A stretch of 60,554 bases of DNA, the filler included, from Basidioascus undulatus (Eukaryota), in assembly GCA_000826855.1 (NCBI GenBank). It is 10 parts of 10 records of this genome, joined end to end, with 100 filler letters (N's around TTAATTAATTAA, not from the genome) between each part and the next. Parts side by side here need not be neighbours in the genome. Positions count along the whole stretch, not along the records: positions 48,551 to 54,506 come from JTLS01001838.1; positions 54,607 to 60,554 come from JTLS01001839.1; 8 more parts are not named here. One strand, given 5' to 3'. A program made the translations under genes and the position numbers. Within the stretch, counting starts at the first letter, position 1. Each line of letters starts with the position of its first letter. Under the pieces are notes generated by a model. That model saw nothing but the letters and a program-made list of their open reading frames with translations. It was not told where the DNA came from and did not search any database. This document shows, piece by piece, positions 48,551 to 60,554 of the stretch.

Positions 48551-51500
48551 GTGGGGGGTTGGGAGGAGGGAGAGGTATATTTGGGGATGGTTGGGTGTGG
48601 ACGGTGGATTGTGCTTCAGAGCATCTGCAATGCCAATTGCGCAAAGAGAATCGCACTTTGTGTGAGCTGGAGCTGGGCGGCGGGGCCAGACGGAGGAGGA
48701 GGGGGTGCAAGGGGTGTTGGGGATCGTCGGGGCAGGAGAGAGTGTAGTGTAGTGTAGGGGAGGTGCGAGGGACTGGCCCAAGGACACACACACACCTTGC
48801 TCGGGGTTCGCGCTATGCGGCGTGCGGCTGCTGGATGCGGGCGTGTCTAGGCGGCGCCGGATCGGGTGCTGGCGGGTGCAGAAGCGTCGTAGTAAGAGCG
48901 TCGACGAGCGAACGAATGCGGAACGAGGCGACGAGGCGAGGCAAGCGAGCGAGAGGGGTCGACTCTGTTCCCCTTGTTCGCCCTATCCCTCTGACGCTGA
49001 ATTCATAGCAGTTAACGCCGACATACGTCACCGCCGCCTTCATTTCCCAAACAAACTCAATGACACCCCGGCGCCGGAACCATTACGCCAAGGCGCAAAA
49101 GGCGCAGTACAGCGATTATTATAGCCCTTGTATGCAGCACCGCTTTCAGGACCGTTGTGCTCTCCTCTCAACATGCAAACAAACAAGCCCTCAAAGAAGG
49201 AGAACGAAAACTCTGCGCTCCAGCTCAGCGCCGCTTGTGGCTGGCTGCAAGGGTTGACTTGCTGCGCAGTCTGTCAGCTCCGTCCGTGCGCGCGCTGTCG
49301 ACGTCGCACGATTGGCGCGCAGGCGTGGGCCTCCATCTTCGACTCCGGGATTGTCATGTCAGCAATGACGTTCGACCAGCACCCATCCCCGGTCAATGGC
49401 ATTCCGGAATGTCCGCCGCTTCAACCCGCCTGCTCAGGTCATTTTCTGTCGTCGTTGCCAATCTGTCCGGGAGCACCGCTTGTCAATGCATTTCTGAACG
49501 GGTCGCACGCGGGCCGCTGGCGCCTTACAGCCACAGCGCCCTCCGCGTCGACGGCGGCGGGTGCGGGCGGACGGGAGAAGACGTCGATCATCTCGTCCAC
49601 ACGGTGGGGGCCGACGGTATCCTTCCCATCGACAACTCCAAACAACTCACTGATACGCGCGGCAAAACCGATGAAACACCGCCTGCATGCATGTCTTGTG
49701 AAGTAACGTCCGAAGGGCGACGGAAATAAAGTGAGTATCCGGCTTGTCCACCGTGTTCGGCAATCTTCAAAACACCATCCTGTTGCAATTTTTGGGATCG
49801 ACGGATTGGCCCGCTTCCATTCAGTCCGCACAGCACCCATCCTTCACCGCTGGACATGGCCTGGACCAAGCTGGACAGGCAGGCTGACGAGCTCAATCCG
49901 CACCCCCCTATCTTTCACGCATTTCCTCGATTCGCTCGCCTTCTGCCTGACCCAAGGAAACTGAGAATGTGTTTATCCTGTCCGGCCGTTGGAGCCGCGT
50001 GAGTACCTGAGTGTCTTGTGGCTTCATGTCAGAACGGCGAAACAGGGCGGTGGAACAACGAGAACGAGTCATCCCACCTGCACTGAAGACGGCGAGTCCT
50101 GTCGCCGTCACCCGCCGTTGTGACAGAAAGACAAGCAGTTGAGAGGGACACCGCATGCAACCTTTCCTCTACCTCTTTCCCTCCCACACCGGCTGCTTCC
50201 GAACCGAACCCGGAGCGCAACCGTCGAGCAAACATTCCACGAGGTAGGGTGGTATCTCCGTGCGTCCCGTATCTTTCCTCCACCTCGCTGTCCCGCTGCA
50301 AGCCGCAAGCCTGCTCGGCTGGAGATCGCTGGCGATATCGGCTGCTGGGCTCGGAATGGTGCGAGCGTTGGCGAGCGATGGATGTGATGATGTGTCGTTT
50401 CCGCGCAAAGCCGGAGCAGGTACTGGATACCCGGAGGGAAAAGTTTCAGCTGAGGTGCAGCTGTTTGTGAGATCGAGCTGGTGAGCTGGGACGACTCTAG
50501 CAGTGGTATTGTCAGGTTTGAGGGCAAGCTGGCCGTTTTGCACGGTTTGGCGTGGAAGTGGGAGGAATTTAGAGCTGTGTCTGGAGTGGAAGGGCCGAGG
50601 GGCGCGTTGGGCGATACGTGTATAATGGGGCTCGAGGCTGTTGCAGTTTTTCACTCGCTCGCCGGGAGTTGACTTGGACGGGCAAAATTAATCCTCCATT
50701 TGGAGTCCCTTTGTTCTATTCTAGCGAAAGACTCTGGTTCACGCAAAGAACAGACTCGGCTTAGTGGGACGAGTGGCCAATTTCGCGTCCGCTCCATGCT
50801 CTGATTCTGTCAGTTTTACTTAGCACCACAACGCGGACACCCAGCCTCAGCTTGATCTACTTATCCAAACGTTTAGGATTTTGCACCGGAAGTTCCACGC
50901 CATGGCTTCCTGCCAAACTGATGGGAGAAGTTGGGCATCTGTCATGATTTTGCATTTGCACATGCCGGAGTCACTTGTTGGAGTCCCGAGGCTAGGTCGA
51001 GCAACACTTCAGTCGGGTGGGCAAGCATGGTGGGAGATTGCTACTGGCCTCAAGTTCCACGCATTCAGGTCATGTTCCGAGGAGCTCTAGCAGGATGGCC
51101 TTCGAAATTCTGCCTGAACGCATATTTCTAACACTACTGCGTACAAGGGTCAGGACCCGATGTCGTACGATATGCGTAGCCTGCCTCTTGGCCAACAAAA
51201 CTATCCCTTCCACATTCGGCGACCATCCCAGCTGCCCCTGAGCCTCCGCTGGCCCTCTAAACCTCGCAGCAGCATTTCTCTTCCACAGAATGGCAGTCTT
51301 ACCATTTATTGCCAGCTCAGAACTTGCCCCCAGGCAGGTTCCCGATAATTTCGTAGCCGCTGATGCACACCGCTGTGGTAGAGCGTCGCAAAGTCGAGCT
51401 TTGAGAGTACACTGTCTGCGAACTCGAACGACAGCATCGGGGGAATCCAGTCTGAATATCAGGAAATGGAATACGTGTGCAAGCGCAGGGTGCGGGGCCT

Positions 51501-52339
51501 GGTATACCGCGAGTGTACCCTATCGCCCAGCACGTGTCGGGTAGGGAAGACGGAATACTGCTTGAACTCGCCACGGTCGAGGTGGTGCACAGATCCGGAG
51601 GATCGGCTTAGAGTGGAAGGCACGAGCAATTCAATATGAGGCGTGAGACCACCACGAAACACATATCGAGGACGCATCTCCTTGGTAAGCAAGTTGGCCT
51701 TGTACGCACACTGCTCAACCCCCAAGGATCTGCAAATAGTCGTTGGACGTGTAACGACCATCAATGCCAACCTCAGTGCTGAGAAGATGATCAGGCTGCA
51801 CTCGCCCTCATCCCCCATCAGCTCTCCGACCCTGGTATCTGGCAATCACGCTGCAGGGCACTGCCCGTCACACTCTCCTTTGAAATGCTCCAGGAGAGAG
51901 AAAGACACTCAAGGACGATGTACCTCGAGCCCATCACACCACCAGCGTTGTTGAAGACCGACTCCTCATTCGGGTTGATAGCGCACTCGTGGGTCACGCT
52001 CAGTCTCTAAACGGTGTATAAATTATTGCGCCTGTGTCCTTTGGGTGCTTGGCACGCGGTCTGACCGAGCGCGTGCAGCTCTTCCTGTAGCGTGTGGCCG
52101 GACCGGTGTCAGATCCTCTTGTGAGGTGCTGTCTGGAGGAAACTTGCGAGAATCCTTTCGGGCACATTGCACGCGGTATCCAAGATGGCTAGAATGGAGG
52201 AGACCACCATCCACTTACAGGAACGACAGGGAGCGGGGAGAGAAGATCGAAGACGTCGTCCGGCGTCGGATCTGCATATGAGCGTTTGCAGCCAACATCA
52301 TTGCTCGGAAGGGCTACACGGTAAGAAGGCTTTTGTCAG

Positions 52340-53215
52340 AGCTCGATCAAAGTACTGAAACCCTTGTGCTGAAACTCTTGTATACCACGCAGGCAGCCGC
52401 CGCTGGCTTCCAATCTACCGCGACGTATATCGTGCCGGTGCTGCTCTCGCCCATCACAGGTCTCGTGATGGACCGCTGGGGGAAGCGAATTCACTTCGGT
52501 GAGGCATGTTTTTCAACCTTCTCCGAGTATTTCGTGCTAATACATATCTTCGGCGTAGTGGCTGCGAGCCCGATACTGTGGATTGTCGCTGCTGCCTTGC
52601 TGGGCTGGACGAGCGTGCACCCGCTGGTGCCCGTCGTAATCTCAAGCTTTGCCCTTACTTGGAAGACGGTTCCCATATCCGTCTGCATCGCCTGCTGCAC
52701 GTCCTGTGGAGCTAGAGGACAACGTGGATGCTCACGAGAGAACTTCACAGAGTCGGTAACATGTTGCTCATGGGCACCGCATGCGGCATCTGGCCATGCT
52801 TTGTGGCCTGCGGAAACGTGGTGTGAGCGTGTCATATTCCCATTACTTTCTATAAACGGACGCCTAATGTCTCCTCCGTCCGCTTCAGTATGGGTAGCGC
52901 CGTCGGCGTGATCCAGGACAACACCCCGGACCAGGGCTACAGCCGCGTTCTTCTGAGCGTGATCATCCTCAAGGCCTTCGGGACCTGCTACTGCGCCCTC
53001 TACCTCATCCTCGATTACAAATGTCTCGCTCAGGCTCTCACACTCTCTCGCACCGCGTACCAGGGGGTCAAGGCCAGCATCGCGGACAGGTCGAAGCACC
53101 CCTTGACCGCGGGTAGCCGGTCTACCCGCGGTTCAGCATGGCTTGCCTGGCGTGGACGGGCGCCTTCGTAGTTGCTGCCTGGGTTGTGTTCTTGTACTAC
53201 ATTTTTGCTTAGTAT
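52340..53215 (+). pseudogene. MFS transporter (MFSD1-like) C-terminal half, disrupted; further remnants possible back to about 51000
   Basis: AGFQSTATYIVPVLLSPITGLVMDRWGKRIHF, LLGWTSVHPLVPVVISS, AVGVIQDNTP..GYSRVL, YLILDY; frame breaks near 52700 and 53140. Confidence 0.7.
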
Positions 53216-54506
53216 AGAATCCAGGAAGCCAACATTTCCGTTTGCATGCAATGCATCTGTCTGTCGATGTTGGCGTCACGAAAACTCCTAGAACATCCTC
53301 CCATAGCACATGAGCTCTCACTTTCGTTTAGTGCTTAAGTGTGAATATGGTATATTGTATGGGACACCGCACTGTGTCACGAGAACTATATGAAGGCCTG
53401 CGCGACGACACTTAAAAAGCACAACAGCACGTGCGCAGTCCGTCTCAACTCCGATTCCGGGCCTGATCGCTCTCTCTCTCGCCCTCTCACCTTACACCTT
53501 TTGCGTCAATTCACGCTTTGTCTATGCCCTTCGTTTTCTCCCAAATTATCGACATCGCGCCTTCGCCCGAGAGGGACGGCCTCGTCGAGCATGTCTTTTT
53601 CGAGGGGCTGAGCGGGTACCATGCCCGTGGTCGTACTGCGCTGGATGCGTCGATTCGAAGTCCTCCACCATCGCAGGCCTCTGCGTCGAAGGTCCCCATC
53701 CGATCGAGCTCGTAGCGGCTATTTGGAGCTGCCGAGGAAATCTTGGGGTCGAATCCCGGACCGATGTGTCCAACCGCTGGGCCATCCCACACGCGGTTTC
53801 AACCACAAACCAGCGTTTCTGCGGGCACTAGGCGGCGAACGACGTTGGCCCTCTAAGGACGCGCGTGTATCGCATGCGCGCAATAAGTTGTGGGTTCGGT
53901 CTGTGATGTTCGGGAAGGGAGCACCACTCCAGAGGCCGACAGCAGAGGTGAGCCGCGAGCGAGCAGTAAGCGAGCTTGATACAGGTCTGAGGCGGATCGA
54001 CGTTGGTCGAAAGTCACTTTCAGCATGCGGACTTGGGAAGTCCGAACGGAAGGGAGCTGGAATCCAGTCACGGGGTGAGCGTGAAGGGAAGCAGACGACA
54101 CCACGCGACAGTGAATGTGCTAGTGTCGTAGTCGGTTCGATGGGGATCGGACCGACAGCTCGTGTACATTGCCCGTGTGCGGCGTACAGGCTCATGAAAG
54201 CCAGAGACTCCCGCGAGCGTTAGCAGGCGAGCCGCGATCGAAGAGCGACAGCATCATTGGGATGCGCCTCGATCGAGAGGGCGCGACCAGGTCGAAATGA
54301 GCATGAACAAGAGCATGCGACCCCACCGCACGAGGATCTGCTGCAGCAGGGGTATCGTTCTCATTTCAAAATCTTCACAGCCGTCTTGCTCCCGATGTAG
54401 CTCCACCCGCTCCAGACGGTCGTGCCCGCGACGACATATCTGTGCAGCGTCCCAGCGCGGTATGTCAGCGTCCGTCCTCCATCTAGGGACGAGAAAGGAA
54501 GCCGGG

Positions 54507-54606
54507 NNNNNNNNNNNNNNNNNNNNNNNNNNNNNNNNNNNNNNNNNNNNTTAATTAATTAANNNNNNNNNNNNNNNNNNNNNNNNNNNNNNNNNNNNNN
54601 NNNNNN
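54507..54606. other. Artificial contig spacer
   Basis: N44-TTAATTAATTAA-N44. Confidence 0.99.
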
Positions 54607-54759
54607 TCGAAAGAGGTGGACCGCCTGCGCAAGTCGACGCTGCTCTGCATTCGGGCGCTGCAGCGGTATGGGGAGAGGTGGGTGATTGGAGTATTGCAGG
54701 CGCAGATTGTCGAGCGTGCTCTGGGAGCGGCGGAAGGCCGGGTGCAGGGGTGCTTGTAG
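54607..54759 (+). CDS. 3' end of a gene, possibly the C-terminal helical region of a fungal Zn2Cys6 transcription factor
   Basis: KEVDRLRKSTLLCIRALQRYGERWVIGVLQAQIVERAL...GCL*. Confidence 0.45.
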   Translation, partial: SKEVDRLRKSTLLCIRALQRYGERWVIGVLQAQIVERALGAAEGRVQGCL

Positions 54760-55315
54760 CCTGGTGCTGATGTTGACGAATTACTGTTTGTGCTTGTGTG
54801 GTATTGTAGTATTCTGATGCCCACAGACAACATGAAAGGGTCAAGAGATCTCTCGCAGCAAATATCCAACGGTCTGACGCGTACCGGAAGAATCAAGACC
54901 CTAGATCGCTCGCCGATCGTCACGGGCTGCAACTTGGGAGCCTTGCAACGGAATTGGGTGATGAAAAAGAATATGTAAAAGCGCTACGTATGAGCTTTAA
55001 AGTAGGACTCTTTGCTCCTTGCGCCCTTGGAAGCACGTAGCATCATAGAAAGGAGCACAGCTCACAATCCGGTTTCCAGCTGCCTTCTTGGGCAAGAGAA
55101 GTTATTTGCGTGTGCAATCCGCCGCTTCCCGTTATTCGGCCATTTTATGCTTTTCTCATGCTGACGTAACTAGCTAGATTCGCCGTGACCAGCGGCCAAC
55201 CTATCCTGGTCTTCCTCCGTCTCACCGCCACCATCCCATTCCGTCTCGTTCTTCAATTTTCATTCGCCAACTCGGTAGACTGCTCAACCCTTCTGAAACC
55301 TATTCTAAATCAGCC

Positions 55316-56182
55316 ATGGTCATCCTCCAGCTTCCGGTCGAGATTCACAAGCTCATCATCGAGGAGGCCGGCGCACCGTCGCACCCACTCGCGTACACCC
55401 GCGACTCGGCTACGCTCGCCACGCTCTGCTTGGTCTCAAAATCGTTCAACTCGTTCGCGACTCTGCTGCTCTACTCCTATGTGCCCCTTTTCGACAGGGA
55501 GCGAGCTGCAAGTTAATTCGCACTGCAGACGCCCGCCCTGACCTCTGCGCTCTCACCAATTCATTCCTGGTCGACTTTTACTCCCGCGCGCGGCCGCTTA
55601 GCCTTCAGCCATATACTCCGAGCATGGTCAGCGACTATGAAGCGGACCAGCTGGTGTCTTAAGTTTTCCGCTTTGGGACGTCTTTACTCGGTGTCTCGCG
55701 ACCTTTCGCTTCGCGACAGTCAGCCTTCACTTGATGAGCTTGCGTTGCCACGAGGAGCTTCTACGATATCAAGCATTTTCTCGTGGAATCGCTCGAGCGC
55801 CTCGACATCTGAGATTTTTAGTTCAATCGTACCACCGACGTTGACGCCTTACTGCACATGCCGCGCCTGACCCACCTTGCTTGCTAGGTTTGCACCCAGA
55901 AGCTTTCACGGGCAATGAAGGGATCGAGCAGGTCATTAGACTTGTCATGCACTAGAAAACGCTGCAGAAGGCCTTTCTCGGGGCGCATCCAGTCTTGCGC
56001 GTGGACGTCGGCGATGCGCACGCCGTCAGGGACGGATTCCTGCACAAAGTCAAAGCGCGGCTGCCTCCTCATCTCCTTGCCAAGCTCGCCATCGTGGTAT
56101 GGGGCCTTCTGGTAGGGGACCGGGGCGGCAATTATTCACTGACCGCATCTTCGATGGGACGCTGTGGGAGATAGAAGAATGA
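55316..56182 (+). pseudogene. F-box-like/LRR protein with C-terminal DGTLW motif, disrupted
   Basis: LQLPVEIHKLIIEEA...LATLCLVSKSFNSFATLLLY, early stop at 55516, MPRLTHLA, DRIFDGTLWEIEE*. Confidence 0.72.
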
Positions 56183-56838
56183 TCTGGAGGAGGCACGCGG
56201 GCACTGTAGGCGGGGAGCCGCTGGTGTGTAGGATTTGAAGAAGGAATGAGATGTTCAATTCATGCTGTTCCGTAACGCTTGCAACTGTAAAGATTATGTG
56301 TGTCGGGTACTGCACGTTGTAACGCAAATGTACTCTCGAGTCCGGAGCGACACTACCTACGCAAACACTGCCGTAAGCTGCCAGAAGCGAGACTTGTAAT
56401 GTGTTGCCTCGCTGGCCAGAGAACCGACAGCCCTCCCAAAGAAATAAAGCCTCAATGTCGATCGGCCGCATTATGGGCGAGGTTATTTCAAAAGACGACA
56501 TAATTAAACATGTGATTGTGCAGAGTCGAGGGGGAACTGCATCGGAAACGTACCCACTCAGCCAGCCTCAGACCTCAATGCCTCTCTTCTCCGTCTTGCT
56601 TCGAGGCTTCCAGTTCACTCTATGTCCCCCTTGCCCCCGTGGGGTTTCCCCGTTCGGTTCAGTCCATCCCTCAAGTCCCACTCCAAGGGACCAAGCGCAC
56701 CCCCCCAACATCACACCACATCAACGCTATTCGATCTCTCCTGTCCCCGTTCGTCCCTCTTCCTCACCCGCACCCGCAAAGAGCCAACCAAACAATCGGT
56801 CAAATCTGCAGTTCATTCATGCCCCACTCCTTCCCCGA

Positions 56839-57919
56839 TCAAGCCAGTTCGTCCTCCTCCTCCAGCTCCATCTCCTCCCTACCCGCTGCCAGGCGGGCCG
56901 TCGGTGCAGCAGCAGCGGCGATGGCGGCTGCGACGGGGGGCTTCACGCCGAGCTGCTGGTGGACCGGCGCGCCCTTCCATACTGGCTTCAGCGACTTGTC
57001 CCCCACGGGCGGGTCGATCGGGGCCGTGTAGAGGCGGGATTCCTCCGGTCTGCGGTTCCGGCTCCGTGGTGTCAGTACCCAGATGTTACGTTAGGTGAGA
57101 GAAAAAAAGAAAAAAGGAGGGAGAAGGAAGAAGGGGGGAGGAAGTGCAGACGCACCCCAACTCCCTAACCAGCACCCTATCCAGCCCCTCATCCTTCTCC
57201 GCCCGCATGCGGCGCTCCATCCTCCTCCAATGCTCCAGCTCATCGAGCAAAACCTCATGCCTCCGCAGCGCCTCGCGGTGCTTCGCCTTGGCAAGGATGT
57301 ACCGCTCCCAATTGCTCCGCCCGTGCTCGTCCTCGTCCGACCCCGCCTCCTGCGCTGCGGCCGCGGCGGGAGCGGTGGGGGTGGGTGTCGGGACGGAAGT
57401 GGGCTCCCCGAGCGTGGAGAGCAGGTCGTCGTCGATTGAGGTTGCGGGTGCGGAGACGGAGGCGAGCGCAGCGGCCATGGTGTGTGCGGAAGAGTCCGCT
57501 TTGCGACGCTTGGTTGGAAGGGCGCGGGTGCTGGTTGGCTAGAGGGGGAAGGGGCGTGAGGTGGGATCGGAGAAAGAGGGAGGAGGCGTACGGTGGGGTC
57601 GAGGCCGTGTTGAACTCGCATGTGTTTCGCTAGGGCGTCAGAGCGCGTGAAGGAGCGGTCGCATTCTGTAGTGGTCGAGCGGGGTCAGACTGCGTTGGCG
57701 CAGTGGAGAAAGAGAAGATGAAAGTACCTGGTCGTTCCTGAGACGAAAAAAGAAGAAAAATAATTGATGTCAGAGGACAGGTGGGATGGGAGGGAAGGGG
57801 AGGAGGGAGATGGACGCACGCAGACAAATGGCTTTTCGCCTGTGTGGGAGCGGAGGTGCGAGACGAGAGCGAAGCGCGAGGTCTGGTTCTTACCCTTCCG
57901 GGGGCAGTTGATCCATTCG
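56839..57919 (-). CDS. C2H2 zinc-finger protein, INO80 subunit Iec1-like; 5' exons absent
   Basis: Spliced [56 protein letters not shown] (10-nt microexon 57728-57737), then coiled coil RYILAKAKHREAL; resembles S. pombe Iec1 as recalled. Confidence 0.85.
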
Positions 57920-58041
57920 CTGTCGGGCGCGGAGAAGTTGGAGGTGGTGAGGTCGGAAGGTGGGGAGGAGGGGCAGGAAAGAAGGATGGGGAGGGCAGGA
58001 AGGTAGGGGGAGAAAGGGGGAGAAGGAGGTGGGGGAAGGGA

Positions 58042-59710
58042 TCAGGATGGCGGCTGGGAGGGCATGAGGTAGTCCTTTGCGGCGCGGTAGGTCGTGAAGG
58101 AGATGGCGGTCATGGGGACCACTTTGAGATAGCCTCTGCAATACCAAGTTGGGTTAGCAACCCGGGAAAAGGAAGTGCGGAAAGAGCGGAAGGGGGAGAA
58201 GAGGGAAGGGAGAAGGGCGGGGGAGGGGAGGAGAAGGAAGAGGAAGACGCACATAGACAGCCCAACATAGAACCCTCTCGACCCCGCGCTCTTCCAGATA
58301 GCCCTGCAAGTCTCCTCAAACCCGACCAGCCTTTCGGGCTTAAGCAACCCCGCAACCTGCATCCTCCTCCTAACAACCTCAAACGGGTAACTAGCCGTCT
58401 GTGCGACGGCCCCCGCGATCCCGCCGCTCACGAGGTCCACGGTGGTCTTATTCCATTTCCGGGCGAACTCGGATGCGCGGAGCGAGCGCCGGAGGCGCTC
58501 GTATACGAGGAAGGACGTCCCCGCGTAGGGGACCATGCCAAGGACGGTTATGCTGAAGCCGCGGTAGAACTTCAGGAGGGGGACGGTGTGTAAGAGGGGG
58601 ACGGAGAGCCGCGCGGCGGGGGCGGAGAGCGCGGACGGGAGGGAGGCGGAGGAGCGGAAGGAGGAGGAAGGGAGAGGGGAGCGGCCCTCGGAGTAGATGT
58701 CGTGTAGGATGTCGGTGAGGCGGATGCGCCGCTCGCCGGGGCGCGAGGTCATGTACGCTGAGCGCACGCGGAGGAGCTCGAGCGGATAGGTGAAGAAGAC
58801 GGAGGTCACGCCTGGGCCGTTCACCCATCAGTAACCGACTCCATGCCTGCTTTCTTTCCCGGATCGTGACGAACCAGCTAATGAACCTGCGCAGAACTCT
58901 CGCCAAGGCGTCCGGCTCTCCGGGGTGGGCATCAACCACTACCCCACCGACCTCATCTGCATCAGCGCGGCTCCCCCCGCAGAGGGAGAAGGACGGGGGA
59001 GAGGAGATGGGGTGGAGTAGGGGTGAGGGGAAGGGGAGGGAAATGCGGACGCACGTAATGAATCTGCTCGTACGCCGCCCACTTGATCGCCGCGTAGGGA
59101 AAGATGCGCGCGATGGTCGCCGAGTGGCCCTGGAAGAGCCCGCGCACACCCGCAGCCTTGTAAATCGGCGCGAAGGCGCGGAAGACGCCGAGGTAGGTCC
59201 CTGTCATCAACCCCATGTCAGCACCGGCTTCTTGAATGGTATGGGAGAGGGGGAGCATTCACCTGCGTATTTCGCAAACTCGGGATTGGACGCTTGGAAG
59301 AGGATCTTTACTCTGTCGAGCGGGGCGATGGCGGTTTTGCCCTGTCCTCCCCCGTAACTCCGGTCAACACCTCCCCTCCCTTCCTCCCCCCCTCTCCCTC
59401 CTTCTTGTTTCCTCCGACGGTGGAGAAGAAGACGCACCACACACCCCGCGACCCCGCCCGCCAGCCCCGAGCGGATGATGTACTCCCACGAGCGCGCATC
59501 GTGCGTCTTCAGCTTCCCTGCCAACTTCTCTGAGGAACTTGTGGAGGATGAGGGGGACAGGGAAGAGGATGGCAAGGATGGGGAAGCGGAGGGAGGGGAA
59601 GGGTGATGGGACGCCATTCGCGGGAGCTGCGCGCCGAGGATGCTGTGCGGCTCGCGGCGCAGGGGGGCGTCGGCGTCGGGGTCGAGGAGGGAGGGGGCGG
59701 CGGAGACCAT
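58042..59710 (-). CDS. LEU5: Mitochondrial carrier, coenzyme A transporter Leu5-like (alternative start at 59617)
   Basis: [110 protein letters not shown]. Confidence 0.93.
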
Positions 59711-60554
59711 GCGCTGATTCTGCTCTCTGATCCGGTTCTCAAAGAAGAAAGCGGGAGGAATGGATGAGAGTGGGGTGGTGGGCGTGGCGATGAGGAGGAT
59801 GAGGATGGAGGAGGCGGGGAGGAGGGAAGACGCTGACGACAGGTCGATCAGCCGGCGCCGGGACGCGCCTGCCGGCGAGACGCGGCATGCATATGGGAAC
59901 GAGGCCGCAAATTTCAGGCATTAGTCACTGCGCTCAACTGCGCTTGGCGACGGCCTCAGGTTGTTTCTCGTATATCTCGTTGAAATTGCTGATAGGAGGT
60001 ATCGAAATCACCACGGGACATGGCCTTTGTTTGGCTGCAAGAACGGAAGCAGGGACTTGGGTGCGGGGGGGAGGAGGACTCGGTTGCCGAGCATCGCCGG
60101 AGCCGGGTGTTTCTGCGAGGAGGGTGGCAAAGCAATGCACTGAAGTGTTGTTGCTCAAGAACAGAAAGAAGTGTTCGTGTTGTTGAAACGATCAAGGATG
60201 TGCATTGTATGGATGTCTGCAGGGGGGTGGGCGAGTGAGACGAGGCTCGCAGTTGAGAGTCTGGCGGGTGAGAACCAAGTGCCTGCCTGCCCGGGGACTT
60301 CGGGCGGAATGGTGACGAGAAGGAAGGGCAGGTGTGCGTGAAACGCCAAGGAAGAAAAGATTATGAACAGGCGATGGGGAACCTGCCGAAGTGGTCAGAC
60401 GAGCCAGCCTGTCCACGACCTGTACTCGGGCGTCCTCCGCCGACCGAAACCCCACAGCCAACAGCCCAACACCCACACCCAATTCTTGGAGTTCAGTACG
60501 ATCCAAGAGCGGTGTGGCCCCTCCCCTCCCTGCGCTCCTCCCCCTTCCACCTCC

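Noticed and set aside
7585..60506. Many long Pro/Arg/Gly-rich ORFs in the supplied track (e.g. 10173-11063, 16851-17702, 57781-58593)
   Set aside because: Shadow, antisense or intron read-through frames of GC-rich spliced genes

Overview
This is not one locus. It is ten unrelated eukaryotic contigs of about 6 kb (5,986, 5,974, 5,973, 5,971, 5,970, 5,969, 5,941, 5,966, 5,956 and 5,948 bp, roughly sorted by size), joined by artificial 100-bp spacers (N44-TTAATTAATTAA-N44). The DNA is GC-rich and intron-dense, with mostly GTGCGT donors and CTGAC/CTAAC branch points. This style fits a basidiomycete fungus, probably Pucciniomycotina/Microbotryomycetes (inferred from style only). Genes recognised by manual splicing: a USP/Ubp8-like 3' end, SCP2, tRNA-Lys(CTT), a GT69/CAP59-type mannosyltransferase, an ARP6 3' half, a Rieske-domain 5' half, Atg38/NRBF2-like, NOP2, an ELP2 3' end, an AKR7-like reductase, a Dal5/TNA1-type MFS transporter, an ankyrin protein, an AIM25 5' end, a partial tRNA-Asn, a CAR2 3' end, an O-fucosyltransferase-like gene, a secreted amidase, an Lnt-like nitrilase-fold protein, an Iec1-like zinc finger and a LEU5 carrier. 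Decayed genes are also present: three F-box-like genes, an HSL esterase, an M20 carboxypeptidase and an MFS transporter. The most notable oddities are two intra-contig junctions of unrelated genes inside low-complexity tracts (Rieske|ARP6 and LEU5|Iec1, most likely misassembly), a fungal Lnt-like acyltransferase, a dispersed F-box-like family ending in DGTLW, and a high pseudogene load. I found no convincing new multi-gene system. All assignments come from motif recognition without database searches.
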